Shown here piece by piece: positions 9,045 through 21,146 of a stretch of DNA of 64,000 bases (position 1 is its first letter; every line of letters begins with the position of its first letter). The DNA lies in assembly GCA_963706285.1 (NCBI GenBank), contig CAVPLU010000004.1, positions 384,001 to 448,000 of the forward strand, in the 5' to 3' direction. The translations under genes and the position numbers were made by a program. This DNA is from Candidatus Bathyarchaeota archaeon (GTDB lineage: Archaea > Thermoproteota > Bathyarchaeia > 40CM-2-53-6). The notes below the pieces were generated by a model that saw only the letters and a program-made list of their open reading frames with translations, made no database searches and had not been told where the DNA came from.

Positions 9045-9195
9045 AACATACCGGACCTCAGACGATCACACTCGCCCGCCAATATAACTTCTGCGTATTC
9101 TCTGTTGAAGAAGGCCAGGAAGATTGCAAGAAAAATTGGGAATCGCCTCGGTGGCAAACCGAGGAACTTTCGTGATTGTTTTGTCGGTTGTTGCG

Positions 9196-9768
9196 CTAAT
9201 AGTTCTCAACGAAGAGTTCGAAGTAAGCCTTGTCGTGCTGACACACTGGGCACTTCTCCGGGGCTTCGTTGCCTTCGTAGATGTGACCGCAGTTGCGGCA
9301 CTTCCACTTCATAGTGGTCGGTCGCTTGAATACTTGACCTGCCTCTAGATTGCTTAGAAGCTTGAGGTATCTGCGCTCGTGATGTGCTTCAACAGAGGCC
9401 ACGCGACGGAATACGCTCGCTATCTCCTTGAAGCCTTCCTTCTCAGCAACATCGCCAAAGCCGGGATACAGGGTGCCCCATTCCAGCTTCTCACCTGCGG
9501 CGGCTGCTTTCAAATTCTGGGCAGTTGTTCCCATGATGCCTGCCGGATATGTTGCGGTGATTTGGGCGTCTCCGCCTTGGAGACGGTTAAAGAAGAGTTG
9601 GGCATGCTCCTTCTCATTGTCAGCTGTCTCGGTGAAAATCGCCGAAATCTGTTCAAGCCCCTCCTTCTTTGCCGCGCTGGCGAAGTACGTGTAGCGGTTT
9701 CTCGCTTGTGATTCTCCAGCGAAGGCCGCGAGGAGGTTCTTCTCAGTCTGACTGCCCTTCAGTTCCAT
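9196..9768 (-). CDS. rbr: Rubrerythrin
   Basis: [23 protein letters not shown]-like motif, CRNCG...CPVC rubredoxin tail. Confidence 0.95.
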   Translation of the reverse strand: MELKGSQTEKNLLAAFAGESQARNRYTYFASAAKKEGLEQISAIFTETADNEKEHAQLFFNRLQGGDAQITATYPAGIMGTTAQNLKAAAAGEKLEWGTLYPGFGDVAEKEGFKEIASVFRRVASVEAHHERRYLKLLSNLEAGQVFKRPTTMKWKCRNCGHIYEGNEAPEKCPVCQHDKAYFELFVENY

Positions 9769-9798
9769 CTAAGACACTTCTCCTGTAGGATGCAAGGA

Positions 9799-10407
9799 TT
9801 AGGCTCGTGCATTGAGAGCAGCGTCGAATCTCTTGTTCACAACATTCCAGTCTAGGTTTTCGAAGAAGGCGTCGATGTATGGAGGTCTCTTTGGCCCTTG
9901 ATCAGAATAATAGGCGTGCTCGTAAACGTCGAGAACCACGAGAGGAATGGTATTGAGTAACCCGTACACGTTGTGAGCGTCGAGTCCATTGTTGATGAGC
10001 TTCCCACTCGTCAGGTCATAAACGAGTACTGCCCATCCTCGAAGGGCGATGCCGCAAGCTTTGAAGTCTTCTTTCCATTTGTCAAACGAGCCGAAGTTCT
10101 TGTTGATGTGCTCGGCCAGCTTCGCGCTTGGTGTGCTACCTTTTGTCCCTTTGATGTTTTCGAAATAGAGTTCATGCAGCACGACGCCCATGTAATTGAA
10201 ACTCTCCTCAACCTTCAAGGCTCTGTAGTCGCTGAAGTTCTGGTTCGCCTTGCTTCGGTCCACGGTCTGCATCTTGTCCCAGACTTCGTTGATCTTCGTA
10301 ACGTATCCTTTGTAGTGCGTCTCAAAATGATACTCGATTTGTTGGTCGGAGATCCCTTTCAATCCCTTGGGTTTGAGTTCATTCCTAGGATTGACTTTTG
10401 CAGACAA
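9799..10407 (-). CDS. sod: Fe/Mn superoxide dismutase
   Basis: HFETHYKGYV, LHELYF, DVYEHAYY. Confidence 0.92.
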   Translation of the reverse strand: MSAKVNPRNELKPKGLKGISDQQIEYHFETHYKGYVTKINEVWDKMQTVDRSKANQNFSDYRALKVEESFNYMGVVLHELYFENIKGTKGSTPSAKLAEHINKNFGSFDKWKEDFKACGIALRGWAVLVYDLTSGKLINNGLDAHNVYGLLNTIPLVVLDVYEHAYYSDQGPKRPPYIDAFFENLDWNVVNKRFDAALNARA

Positions 10408-10534
10408 ACCACATTCATCTCAGAGGCTACTCAGTTGTCGAGACGTAAAAAGGATTGTTTGTCACAGTAGTGTTCGACCAAGGCTAATATTGGACCTCTT
10501 GCGTAGTTGAGGACGTAGTTCTGGGTGATCCGTC

Positions 10535-10660
10535 ATGAGTTCCACAAAATGCGTGAATTGCGGATACCTGATCGAAGAATGCAAATGCACTTGCCCCTAC
10601 TGTGGCGAAACCCACCAATGCAGTTGTTGCATAGGCTATGGGGCAGCTACTGGCGGCTAG
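10535..10660 (+). CDS. 41-aa Cys-rich metallothionein-like protein
   Basis: Manual translation MSSTKCVNCGYLIEECKCTCPYCGETHQCSCCIGYGAATGG (9 Cys); GGTGA SD upstream; below the ORF-track cutoff. Confidence 0.75.
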   Translation: MSSTKCVNCGYLIEECKCTCPYCGETHQCSCCIGYGAATGG

Positions 10661-10696
10661 ACTCTCCCTGCCAGCTCTCCTGTATACGATCATTAG

Positions 10697-13622
<2,926 letters not shown>

Positions 13623-13664
13623 CTCTTATAGGACGAGCAATCATGCGCGGAGTCTGATTCTCAC

Positions 13665-14042
13665 TTGGCTGCAACCGGAGAATATGTAATCGATGGCAAT
13701 GCAGTGAACAGACTACTTGACAGCTACCAACTTGACCTGCGAATGCTCCCAGGACAGGTTTTCGATATCGTAGAGAAGAAACTCATCAAAGGACTCGCGG
13801 ATGAGATAGAAAAAACCAAGTCTCAAACTGTCACGTTTGTCGACCTCGAAGCAATACTCTCCGGGCCATACAAGGACTTCGCATATGCAATCTGCGGCGG
13901 GCTAGCTCAACTCATAGATTCGTTGGTCATGAAGAAGACTACAGTGAATGGCACGATCCAAGCCCCCGAGGATCTTCCTTGGAACTTGACATCCAGACTC
14001 GACAAGAACTTCAAGAGTCATGCGCCGGCTCGCGCTGGGTAG
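13665..14042 (+). CDS. Hypothetical protein
   Basis: 125-aa ORF filling the space between the OFOR genes and tRNA-Ala. Confidence 0.55.
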   Translation: MAATGEYVIDGNAVNRLLDSYQLDLRMLPGQVFDIVEKKLIKGLADEIEKTKSQTVTFVDLEAILSGPYKDFAYAICGGLAQLIDSLVMKKTTVNGTIQAPEDLPWNLTSRLDKNFKSHAPARAG

Positions 14043-14075
14043 TCTGAGAACACGAGGCGAGCGCAGAGTATAGGT

Positions 14076-14190
14076 TGGTGGACCGGGCGGGATTCGGACC
14101 CGCGACCTTCCGGTTTCTTGGTTGCTGCGTCATGCAAACCGGACGTTCTTCGGCCCCATCAGCGGGCATACCAGGCTGAACTACCGGCCC
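14076..14190 (-). tRNA. tRNA-Ala(TGC) with introns at 21/22 (14149-14167) and 37/38 (14115-14132); CCA encoded
   Basis: Spliced GGGCCGGTAGTTCAGCCTGGTAT|GAACGTCCGGTTTGCA|ACCGGAAGGTCGCGGGTCCGAATCCCGCCCGGTCCACCA; G3-U70 Ala identity pair; BHB-like junctions. Confidence 0.9.
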
Positions 14191-14215
14191 TAGTTGCGGA
14201 TACGAGGAAAAAGCA

Positions 14216-14229
14216 CTTTTAACCTTTCG
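14216..14229 (-). promoter_or_regulatory. BRE/TATA promoter of tRNA-Ala
   Basis: Minus strand GAAAGGTTAAAAG about 26 nt upstream of the tRNA. Confidence 0.6.
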
Positions 14230-14346
14230 GAGACCAACTCATAGAATGCATTTCCTGTTCCGTCGATTCACACGCCAGGGTCAATGAAAACGCATAACAA
14301 TGCGAGAATGCCTCTCCTTACGAGGTCCTGGTCGGGAGGAATTCGC

Positions 14347-14913
14347 GTGCCTTTAGTGGACAGCAGAGATGGTGAAAAGCACGGAGTTCTGCGTGCTGCA
14401 GAACTGATGATGGTTTCATGCCGCACCGCCCCAAAGTCGGGTGGAGTCGACGATATCCAGACATTGCTGGTCACCGGAGACGAGAAAGAAAAGATTGCAG
14501 AAGAGATGGAGAAGATCGGCGACGAGCGAAAGATCGACGGCTTCAAACGTGATGCTGCCAATCTGAAAAGATCTGAGGTTCTTCTGCTCGTAGGTGTGAA
14601 TGGCAAGAGGAGTTTCGGTTTGTCCTGTGGGGCATGTGGACACTCGACATGTCAAGAGTTTGATACATCAGCAAGAATCACAGGTCTTGACTTTGAGGGA
14701 CCGACCTGTGTCTTCAAGTCGATTGACTTGGGAATCGCTCTCAGTTCCGCTGTGAAGATGGCGAGTGATCTCAATGTTGACAATCGGATCATGTATCGTG
14801 TAGGAACCGCTGCAAAACGGCTAGGCCATCTCGCAGAATCAAGCGTTGTGATGGGTATTCCTATCTCCGTCTCGGGGAAGAGCATCTACTTCGACAGAAA
14901 GTGGCCAAAGTGA
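14347..14913 (+). CDS. DUF2148 ferredoxin-domain protein
   Basis: RTAPKSGG.D, CGACGHSTC, GPTC...DLGIALSSA...VDNRIMY, SGKSIYFDR; GGAGG SD before GTG 14347. Confidence 0.85.
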   Translation: MPLVDSRDGEKHGVLRAAELMMVSCRTAPKSGGVDDIQTLLVTGDEKEKIAEEMEKIGDERKIDGFKRDAANLKRSEVLLLVGVNGKRSFGLSCGACGHSTCQEFDTSARITGLDFEGPTCVFKSIDLGIALSSAVKMASDLNVDNRIMYRVGTAAKRLGHLAESSVVMGIPISVSGKSIYFDRKWPK

Positions 14914-15030
14914 AACCTAGAAGAAATCATGCTCCATTCAGGATGCCATCGCCAAGATACACAGCCTTTAAGCTCAGGGAAGTTGTTATTGTCCTCTGCC
15001 CAGCCTATTAGTTAGTCGAGGTGAATCGTT

Positions 15031-15486
15031 GTGGCTCGATCGTCTTCCGGGTTGACCTTGGAAGGTCGATTGGTGATGGGGATGGCGATGCTATTTATGG
15101 GGGCTGCTGTGGCCATGGTGACTCCAATACAGCCTCGCACCATCACAGTAGCAGGGGGAGGCTCGTACAGTTACGAGGCGAAGACATACGAGGTCCTCGA
15201 ATCCCCAATCCGAGTGCAGATACTATGGACTGTCTTCGTTACGATCGCTTGCATCGGACTAGCTACCACGACACTATCATTGTACGGGCTAATTGAGCCT
15301 CAAATGCGAGCAGCCATTACCATGAAGTCTGTTCAGTCGCCAGCGAATGCCTGCCCTACTTGTGGGCAAGACCTGACCCTTGTGAAGCACTACCGACGGT
15401 GGTATTGCTGGAAATGCAGGAAGTATCAACAACCTCTAGTGGTGTGTGACGAGGTTCCAAACCAAATCGCGGAAAGTGATCGGTAG
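15031..15486 (+). CDS. Two-TM membrane protein with C-terminal zinc ribbon
   Basis: CPTCGQDLTLVKHYRRWYCWKC. Confidence 0.65.
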   Translation: MARSSSGLTLEGRLVMGMAMLFMGAAVAMVTPIQPRTITVAGGGSYSYEAKTYEVLESPIRVQILWTVFVTIACIGLATTTLSLYGLIEPQMRAAITMKSVQSPANACPTCGQDLTLVKHYRRWYCWKCRKYQQPLVVCDEVPNQIAESDR

Positions 15487-15699
15487 AACTTCCTCCCAAC
15501 TAATACTGTGCGTTTGTACACACACCGTACCGCTATCACTTCGTCAGACACATCCCCAGTCTGGGGTCATCCCAATCTTCTATTCTATGATCAACCAGCT
15601 GATGATTCAGCACTTTCAAAATCCGCGGCTCGACTGATGTGGGAGCAGCCGTAAGGCTTGAAGTCTAGGTTGTGAAATGACTTGGGTGTGAATGTTGAG

Positions 15700-15816
15700 G
15701 GCCGCCGCCGGGACTTTCCCATCGCAAGTGCGATGCTTTGAACCCGGCCTCTAGGGTCCACAGCCCTATACGCTACCAAGGTCCGCGGAATAGCATTCCT
15801 CTACGTTACGGCGGCC
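15700..15816 (-). tRNA. tRNA-His(GTG) with introns at 15/16 (15781-15800) and 59/60 (15714-15736); G-1 encoded, CCA not encoded
   Basis: Spliced G-GCCGCCGTAACGTAG|CTTGGTAGCGTATAGGGCTGTGGACCCTAGAGGCCGGGTTCAAA|TCCCGGCGGCGGCC; G-1:C73; intron hairpins GGAAT/ATTCC and CATCGCA/TGCGATG. Confidence 0.88.
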
Positions 15817-16068
15817 ATCAGCCCAAGGGGCGGTTGCACCCTGCTAATTGGCTTTTCGCAGCGGTTCGCTTTCGATACTCTCTTTGCCAGCAGCGCAGAA
15901 GATTCATGCAAGGAATGCATGATAATCACAGAAATAGGTTCGTAACGACTGAGGTTGCAGATGGTTCGAGAATACGCAGTAACGAGAACTGACGTAACTC
16001 TTTTAAGTGGTCGAGCTGCCGTGTCGGGTTCGCGTTCAGCATTCCAGTGCTTAGGAGGTGAACAGTGC

Positions 16069-16395
16069 TTGGCAGAAAAACAAGACATTGCAAGTCCCTC
16101 GCCGGGTCGTATGAGTGGTGTCCCTGCAAACACCGTCCTAATCGGCAAGAAGCCACTCATGGCCTACGCAACCGCGATTGTAATGCAGGCAAACACAGGG
16201 AGTGGAGACATTTCAGTAAAGGCTCGGGGAAGAGCCATCTCTAAGGCAGTTGATGTCGTTGAGGTCTGCAGGAGACGCTTCTTCGAAGGCAAGCTAGAAA
16301 TCAACGATATCCTGATCGGTACAGAGACGATCGCAAGTGAGGGACAGTCCAGAAACGTTTCGACAATCGAGATTAAGTTGAAGAAGCGAGACTAA
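16069..16395 (+). CDS. albA: DNA/RNA-binding protein Alba
   Basis: IGKKPLMAY, KARGRAISKAVDV, RNVSTIEI; GGAGGTGA SD before TTG 16069. Confidence 0.93.
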   Translation: MAEKQDIASPSPGRMSGVPANTVLIGKKPLMAYATAIVMQANTGSGDISVKARGRAISKAVDVVEVCRRRFFEGKLEINDILIGTETIASEGQSRNVSTIEIKLKKRD

Positions 16396-16431
16396 GACCG
16401 CTGAGACGATCGATTGTTGAACAAATATACC

Positions 16432-16466
16432 AACCCCTTTTTTCTGAATATCTTTCCTCTTCTTTA
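16432..16466 (+). terminator. Poly-T terminator after alba
   Basis: CCCCTTTTTTCTG...TCTTTCCTCTTCTTT. Confidence 0.5.
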
Positions 16467-16503
16467 TGCTCTTACTCCGCCCTGCAGTTAGTGGTGCGAC
16501 GAG

Positions 16504-17361
16504 ATGTCTTCAGGCAGTTCGATCAGCTGCGGAGTCCACGTGTCAATAGCAGGATCAATCGATCTGGCAGTAGACCGTGCAAGAGAAAGAAGCTGCGACA
16601 CGTTTCAGATCTTCACCCGAAACCCGCGCGGCTGGAAATTCAAGAAGCTTTCTTCCACGGAAGCAGGCCAGTTTCAACAGAAGCTCAAAGAATCCGCTAT
16701 GACTCCCGCTGTCGCGCACATGCCCTATCTCCCAAACCTCTCATGTCCAAAGAAGGGGCTCTACAAGAGGTCCCTGAGAGCGTTGACAGTTGAGCTTGAG
16801 AGATGTAACCTGCTCGGGATACCTTACCTCGTGACACATCTTGGAAGCCACCTCGGCAAAGGCAGGCCGATCGGGCTCGAACGTCTTGTCGAGGCGATAG
16901 ACACAGCGTTCAGCTTCTCGAACGGAAAGACGATGCTGCTGCTCGAGAACACAGCAGGGACCAAGAACAGTATGGGATCCTCATTCGAGGAAATTCAGGA
17001 AATTCTAGATCGTGTGGCGGCAAAATCTCGTGCGGCCGTTTGCTTCGACACGTGTCATGCATTTGCAGCGGGATATGACATGAGAAACACGGAATCGGTT
17101 GAGAGAACCGTAGCCGAACTGAAACGGACTGTCGGCTTGGAATCGCTGAAGGTTGTTCATGCGAATGACTCTGTGGGCGATCTAGCTTCACACCTCGATA
17201 GACATGAGCACATTGGCTTCGGGCGCATAGGCAAGCAGGGCTTTTCCGCCATACTCCACAATGATACTTTTCGCAAGTTACCCTTGATACTTGAAACCCC
17301 GATTGACAGACGCGGGTCTGATGTTACTGACCTTAGAAGGATTCGCGAACTGGCAGACTAA
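16504..17361 (+). CDS. nfo: Endonuclease IV
   Basis: GVHVSIAG, QIFTRNPRGW, HMPYLPNL, LLENTAG, CFDTCH, DRHEHIG, ILETP. Confidence 0.95.
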   Translation: MSSGSSISCGVHVSIAGSIDLAVDRARERSCDTFQIFTRNPRGWKFKKLSSTEAGQFQQKLKESAMTPAVAHMPYLPNLSCPKKGLYKRSLRALTVELERCNLLGIPYLVTHLGSHLGKGRPIGLERLVEAIDTAFSFSNGKTMLLLENTAGTKNSMGSSFEEIQEILDRVAAKSRAAVCFDTCHAFAAGYDMRNTESVERTVAELKRTVGLESLKVVHANDSVGDLASHLDRHEHIGFGRIGKQGFSAILHNDTFRKLPLILETPIDRRGSDVTDLRRIRELAD

Positions 17362-17426
17362 TCCCATTAGGCGAAACCCATTTTTGAGAGGTAGAGTTTC
17401 CTCTTGCGCATTCAAGGTGACGCATT

Positions 17427-18041
17427 CTGATATTCGAGCAGATTTCCGTTGGACCAATGGAGAACTTCGCATACCTGATCGGAGATGAGAACACAGGGCA
17501 TGCGGCGGTCGTGGATCCTGCTTGGGACATCGAGAAGATCCTAACGGTCGCCCAAGAAAACAATCTACGGATTATCTACGTAATCAACACGCATAACCAT
17601 CCAGACCACACATCCGGAAACGATGAACTTGTAAAAGCAACAGGCGCCAAGATAGTTGCACATGAAGCTTCGAGGAATCGAAAGGATATCAGCGCAAAAG
17701 ACGGCGAGATACTTCGCCTAGGTTCACTGGAGCTCAAGCTCATCCACACGCCGGGTCACTCTCCCGATCATATGTGCGTACTCGTGAATGGAAAACTAAT
17801 GACCGGGGACGCATTGTTTGTCGGCGAGTGCGGAAGAACTGACTTGCCTGGGGGTAACTCCGAGCAAATGTATGACAGTCTGTTCAACAAGTTGATGAAA
17901 CTGGCCGACGATGTTGAAGTATATCCTGGACACAATTATGGGCCGAAAACACATTCGACAATTGGATACGAGAAGGCTCATAATTATGTCCTCAAGCCTC
18001 GCACCGCGAAAGAATTTGTGCAATTCATGAGGGAACCATGA
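17427..18041 (+). CDS. MBL-fold hydrolase (glyoxalase II-like); probable CTG start
   Basis: THNHPDH, HTPGHS, GDALF, YPGHNY; in-frame CTG 17427 after GGTGA gives MIFEQISVGPMENF. Confidence 0.9.
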   Translation: MIFEQISVGPMENFAYLIGDENTGHAAVVDPAWDIEKILTVAQENNLRIIYVINTHNHPDHTSGNDELVKATGAKIVAHEASRNRKDISAKDGEILRLGSLELKLIHTPGHSPDHMCVLVNGKLMTGDALFVGECGRTDLPGGNSEQMYDSLFNKLMKLADDVEVYPGHNYGPKTHSTIGYEKAHNYVLKPRTAKEFVQFMREP

Positions 18042-18670
18042 CGGCCAGCAAGTCTGATCCCGAAGGCTTGCGGATCGAAGATTTCGTTGAGGAGTTTCTG
18101 GCAGTCAACAAAGCAAGTCTGACTACGTACGAGCCTCGAGAGGACTCATTCCTCATGCTGGAGGCGCTCGAAGAGCTGCATCTACGTGGGCTTCGCGTTC
18201 TCGATATGGGAACAGGTTCCGGTATCTTGGCAACATATTGTGCCAAAAGAGGTGCAAATGTAACAGCATCAGACATTGACGTTGATGCGATCAAAGCTCT
18301 GGAACTCACTGCCCAAAGGCTTGGAGTATCTATCAGACTGGTCGCCAGCGACCTCTTTTCGAACATTCATGACTCGTTCGATGTCATCGCCTTCAATCCG
18401 CCGTACCTGCACTCATCTGCAACGAAAGATCGAACCATAGATGGAGGAGAACGAGGAACAGACGTTATAGGTGGATTCCTCGACAGACTGATTGATCACT
18501 TGGTCGATGATGGTCTTGGACTGCTTGTGGTCAGCTCACTGAACGATCCTGAACTCCTTATGGCACGTTATCCGGATCTGAGCTTCAGGATAGTGCGTGA
18601 ACGATCTCTGTTCTTCGAGAGGCTCTCTATCTTGGAAATAAGGGCAAGAAGAACTGCTCTCGTGCACTGA
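18038..18670 (+). CDS. HemK2/Mtq2-type release-factor glutamine methyltransferase
   Basis: YEPREDSFL, LDMGTGSG, FNPPY. Confidence 0.85.
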   Translation: MTASKSDPEGLRIEDFVEEFLAVNKASLTTYEPREDSFLMLEALEELHLRGLRVLDMGTGSGILATYCAKRGANVTASDIDVDAIKALELTAQRLGVSIRLVASDLFSNIHDSFDVIAFNPPYLHSSATKDRTIDGGERGTDVIGGFLDRLIDHLVDDGLGLLVVSSLNDPELLMARYPDLSFRIVRERSLFFERLSILEIRARRTALVH

Positions 18671-18796
18671 TAATCTTCAGCTTATGCCTCTCACAGCATA
18701 ACGTCCAAGACTGTGCTCCTTTTCGTCCTATCTATGGCACGGTTTATAACCGCCGTCATAATCGAGAAGGGCAAATCCACAGGTTGTTCGCTTCTC

Positions 18797-19774
18797 ATGA
18801 TTGTTGACAATGTTCTACAGTTGATAGGGAACACGCCGATGCTAAGGCTCACGCGTCTCAATCCAAATCCGAATGTCGAAATGTACCTGAAGCTCGAGAA
18901 GCTTAACCCCGGCGGTTCTGTAAAGGATCGCATTGCCAAGTACATGATCGAGCATGCAGAGGAAGATGGAGTTCTAACAAAAGACAAGATCGTAATAGAG
19001 CCAACGAGCGGGAACACGGGCATAGGATTGGCAATCGTTTGCGCAGTGAAAGGCTACAAGTTGGTGCTCGTGATGCCTGAGACAATGACAATGGAACGAA
19101 GAAAGATGCTGATGATATACGGAGCTCGCATTGTGCTATCTCCTGGAGCCCAAGGAATGAATGGCGCCGAAGATCTGGCCAAGAAGATCGTTGACGAGAA
19201 CCCTGACAAGTACTTCATGCCTAATCAGTTCACAAACCGTTACAACGTTCTCGCGCACTATGACACAACGGCTCAGGAGATCTGGAAAGACACTGACGGG
19301 CGAGTTACACACTTCGTCGTAGGAATCGGTACCTCAGGAACACTCATGGGAGTAGCTAAGAAACTCCGCGAGTACAACCCCGACATCAAAATCATAGCGG
19401 TAGAGCCCGAAGCTACCACCCCAATACAGGGGCTGAAAAATCTAAAGACCCAGTATGTTCCGTCAATATTCGAAAACAAGGTGGTCGACGAACGGCACTA
19501 TGTGAACCTACAAACAGCCGAAGACACTGTGCGTCTTCTTGCACTCGAAGAAGCAATTCTCTGCGGGCCAAGCACCGGCGCCATATTGCATGTGGCACGC
19601 GAGAAAGCAAAGAGCCTCACCAAAGCTGTGATTGTCGTGATGGCTCCAGATGGCGGAGAGAAGTACCTCACTACGCAGCTCTGCGACGAGGATAGGTGCC
19701 GTGATTGCGTCTTGAAGTATAAGATCAAATGTGCTTACTCCCCTGACGTAGTGCTCCCAGGAATCGACCGCTAG
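18797..19774 (+). CDS. cysK: Cysteine synthase (PLP-dependent)
   Basis: IGNTP, KLEKLNPGGSVKDR, TSGNTG, GIGTSGT, PDGGEKY. Confidence 0.93.
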   Translation: MIVDNVLQLIGNTPMLRLTRLNPNPNVEMYLKLEKLNPGGSVKDRIAKYMIEHAEEDGVLTKDKIVIEPTSGNTGIGLAIVCAVKGYKLVLVMPETMTMERRKMLMIYGARIVLSPGAQGMNGAEDLAKKIVDENPDKYFMPNQFTNRYNVLAHYDTTAQEIWKDTDGRVTHFVVGIGTSGTLMGVAKKLREYNPDIKIIAVEPEATTPIQGLKNLKTQYVPSIFENKVVDERHYVNLQTAEDTVRLLALEEAILCGPSTGAILHVAREKAKSLTKAVIVVMAPDGGEKYLTTQLCDEDRCRDCVLKYKIKCAYSPDVVLPGIDR

Positions 19775-19795
19775 TTTTTGCACAGAAATCGCCAG

Positions 19796-19900
19796 GTGAA
19801 TCGTAGGTCATCCGAGCAGAGCGTCTTCACCACTAAACTCGATAGAGTGAATGACTACCAGTTCAAAGTAAGGTTCGATACTCTTCCAGTTCAAACTCAG
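19796..19900 (+). pseudogene. Possible OsmC-family N-terminal remnant
   Basis: FTTKLDRVNDYQFKVRFD resembles OsmC N-termini; the frame then runs antisense into the hydrolase. Confidence 0.35.
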
Positions 19901-20653
19901 CTATTTTTGGAGGAAGTTGAGAGCTTCTTGGTTGAACCTTTCGGGTTTTTCCTCATTCGGGAGATGGCCACAGTCTGGAATGATTCTCAGGTCGGCTTCG
20001 CCCAGACACCTGTGCATCGTCAAGGCTTGTTCAAGCTCGAAGATATTGTCCCTCTCGCCATGAATGACTAGAACAGGACTTCTCACCTGAGGAAGCGTTG
20101 GCCTTAGGTCGTATCCTTTGAACGGGTAACCATTCTCCTCAAGTATCGCTTGATAGAAGATCTCGTACAGTTTCTTCCCGTAACTCTCTCCATGATGGCT
20201 TGTAAGTTCGTGCAGCCAGTCAGGTGAAAGGTGGGTCGGATGTGGGTAGAGCTTCAAGGCTCTGTTTGAGATCTCTTCGTCGCCGAAACAACAAGTTCCT
20301 GCCGCTACCACACGATCCACTCTTGAAGGATTTCGAGCTGCAAAGAGAAGCGCAATAGCTCCACCGACGCAGATTCCGCAAAGGTTCGCTCGGTCGAGAT
20401 GCATCCGATCTAGGAAATGTGACAACTCATCGACGCTTTGTTCAAGCCAGCCTATCTTGAGGCTGGTCATGTGCGTTGAGCGTCCGTATCCTTGTCGGTC
20501 GTAAGCTATGACTTTGAAGTACTTGGAGAGTTCGGGCAGCTGCTTGGTGAAGCTCTTTGTGCATCCGAGGCCGTTATGCAGAAGTATGAGCGGCTCACCA
20601 CGCCCCTGGGTCTCGTAATAGAGGTTGCTTCCTCGTATGTCCATGTGAGGCAT
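19901..20653 (-). CDS. Alpha/beta hydrolase
   Basis: LLHNGLG, YDRQGYGRS, GICVGG nucleophile elbow (Cys), HGERD, CGHLP. Confidence 0.9.
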   Translation of the reverse strand: MPHMDIRGSNLYYETQGRGEPLILLHNGLGCTKSFTKQLPELSKYFKVIAYDRQGYGRSTHMTSLKIGWLEQSVDELSHFLDRMHLDRANLCGICVGGAIALLFAARNPSRVDRVVAAGTCCFGDEEISNRALKLYPHPTHLSPDWLHELTSHHGESYGKKLYEIFYQAILEENGYPFKGYDLRPTLPQVRSPVLVIHGERDNIFELEQALTMHRCLGEADLRIIPDCGHLPNEEKPERFNQEALNFLQK

Positions 20654-20969
20654 GATGCTTCATCCGAGGGAGTAGTGATTCTCGAAATGGCGTGGATATC
20701 AGTCTATCTCGCGTGGGTAAACCGTAGGCTGAGTTGGCAAAAGGTTGAGGTCAGTCCATGGGGTTGTTTCGCTCGTGCTTGACCAAGCAAAGGCATCGCC
20801 CCTTTGAGGACGTCGTTTCGAGCATGGTAGACACGTGAATGTACCATCTACGGAACATTCATATACTTTCGCCAATGGTACCGTGAATGGACGGTGGCAT
20901 GGGCACCCTCCAATCAGCCCCACGGGCTGGAGGCAGACCATGTCGCCGATCTACAATCAGGTGAATAAC

Positions 20970-21131
20970 GTGACCAAATGTGCAAGATGTGGAATCGACA
21001 TCCAGCAGCCAATGAAAGAATGGAACATGCAACCCAGAGACGGCAGAGGCCCTGCTCTACGCGTAAAGCACTATGCATGTCCACAGTGCGGAAAAACGTT
21101 CAGAGTCGCGGACAAGCTCATCGTAGCCTAA
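20970..21131 (+). CDS. Small zinc-ribbon protein, Cren7-like chromatin protein
   Basis: MTKCARCG...PMKEWNMQP...VKHYACPQCGKTFR matches the Cren7 pattern P.K.W.L.P...F..P..GK.FR; GGTGA SD before GTG 20970. Confidence 0.6.
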   Translation: MTKCARCGIDIQQPMKEWNMQPRDGRGPALRVKHYACPQCGKTFRVADKLIVA

Positions 21132-21146
21132 CGTAACTCTGAAACG

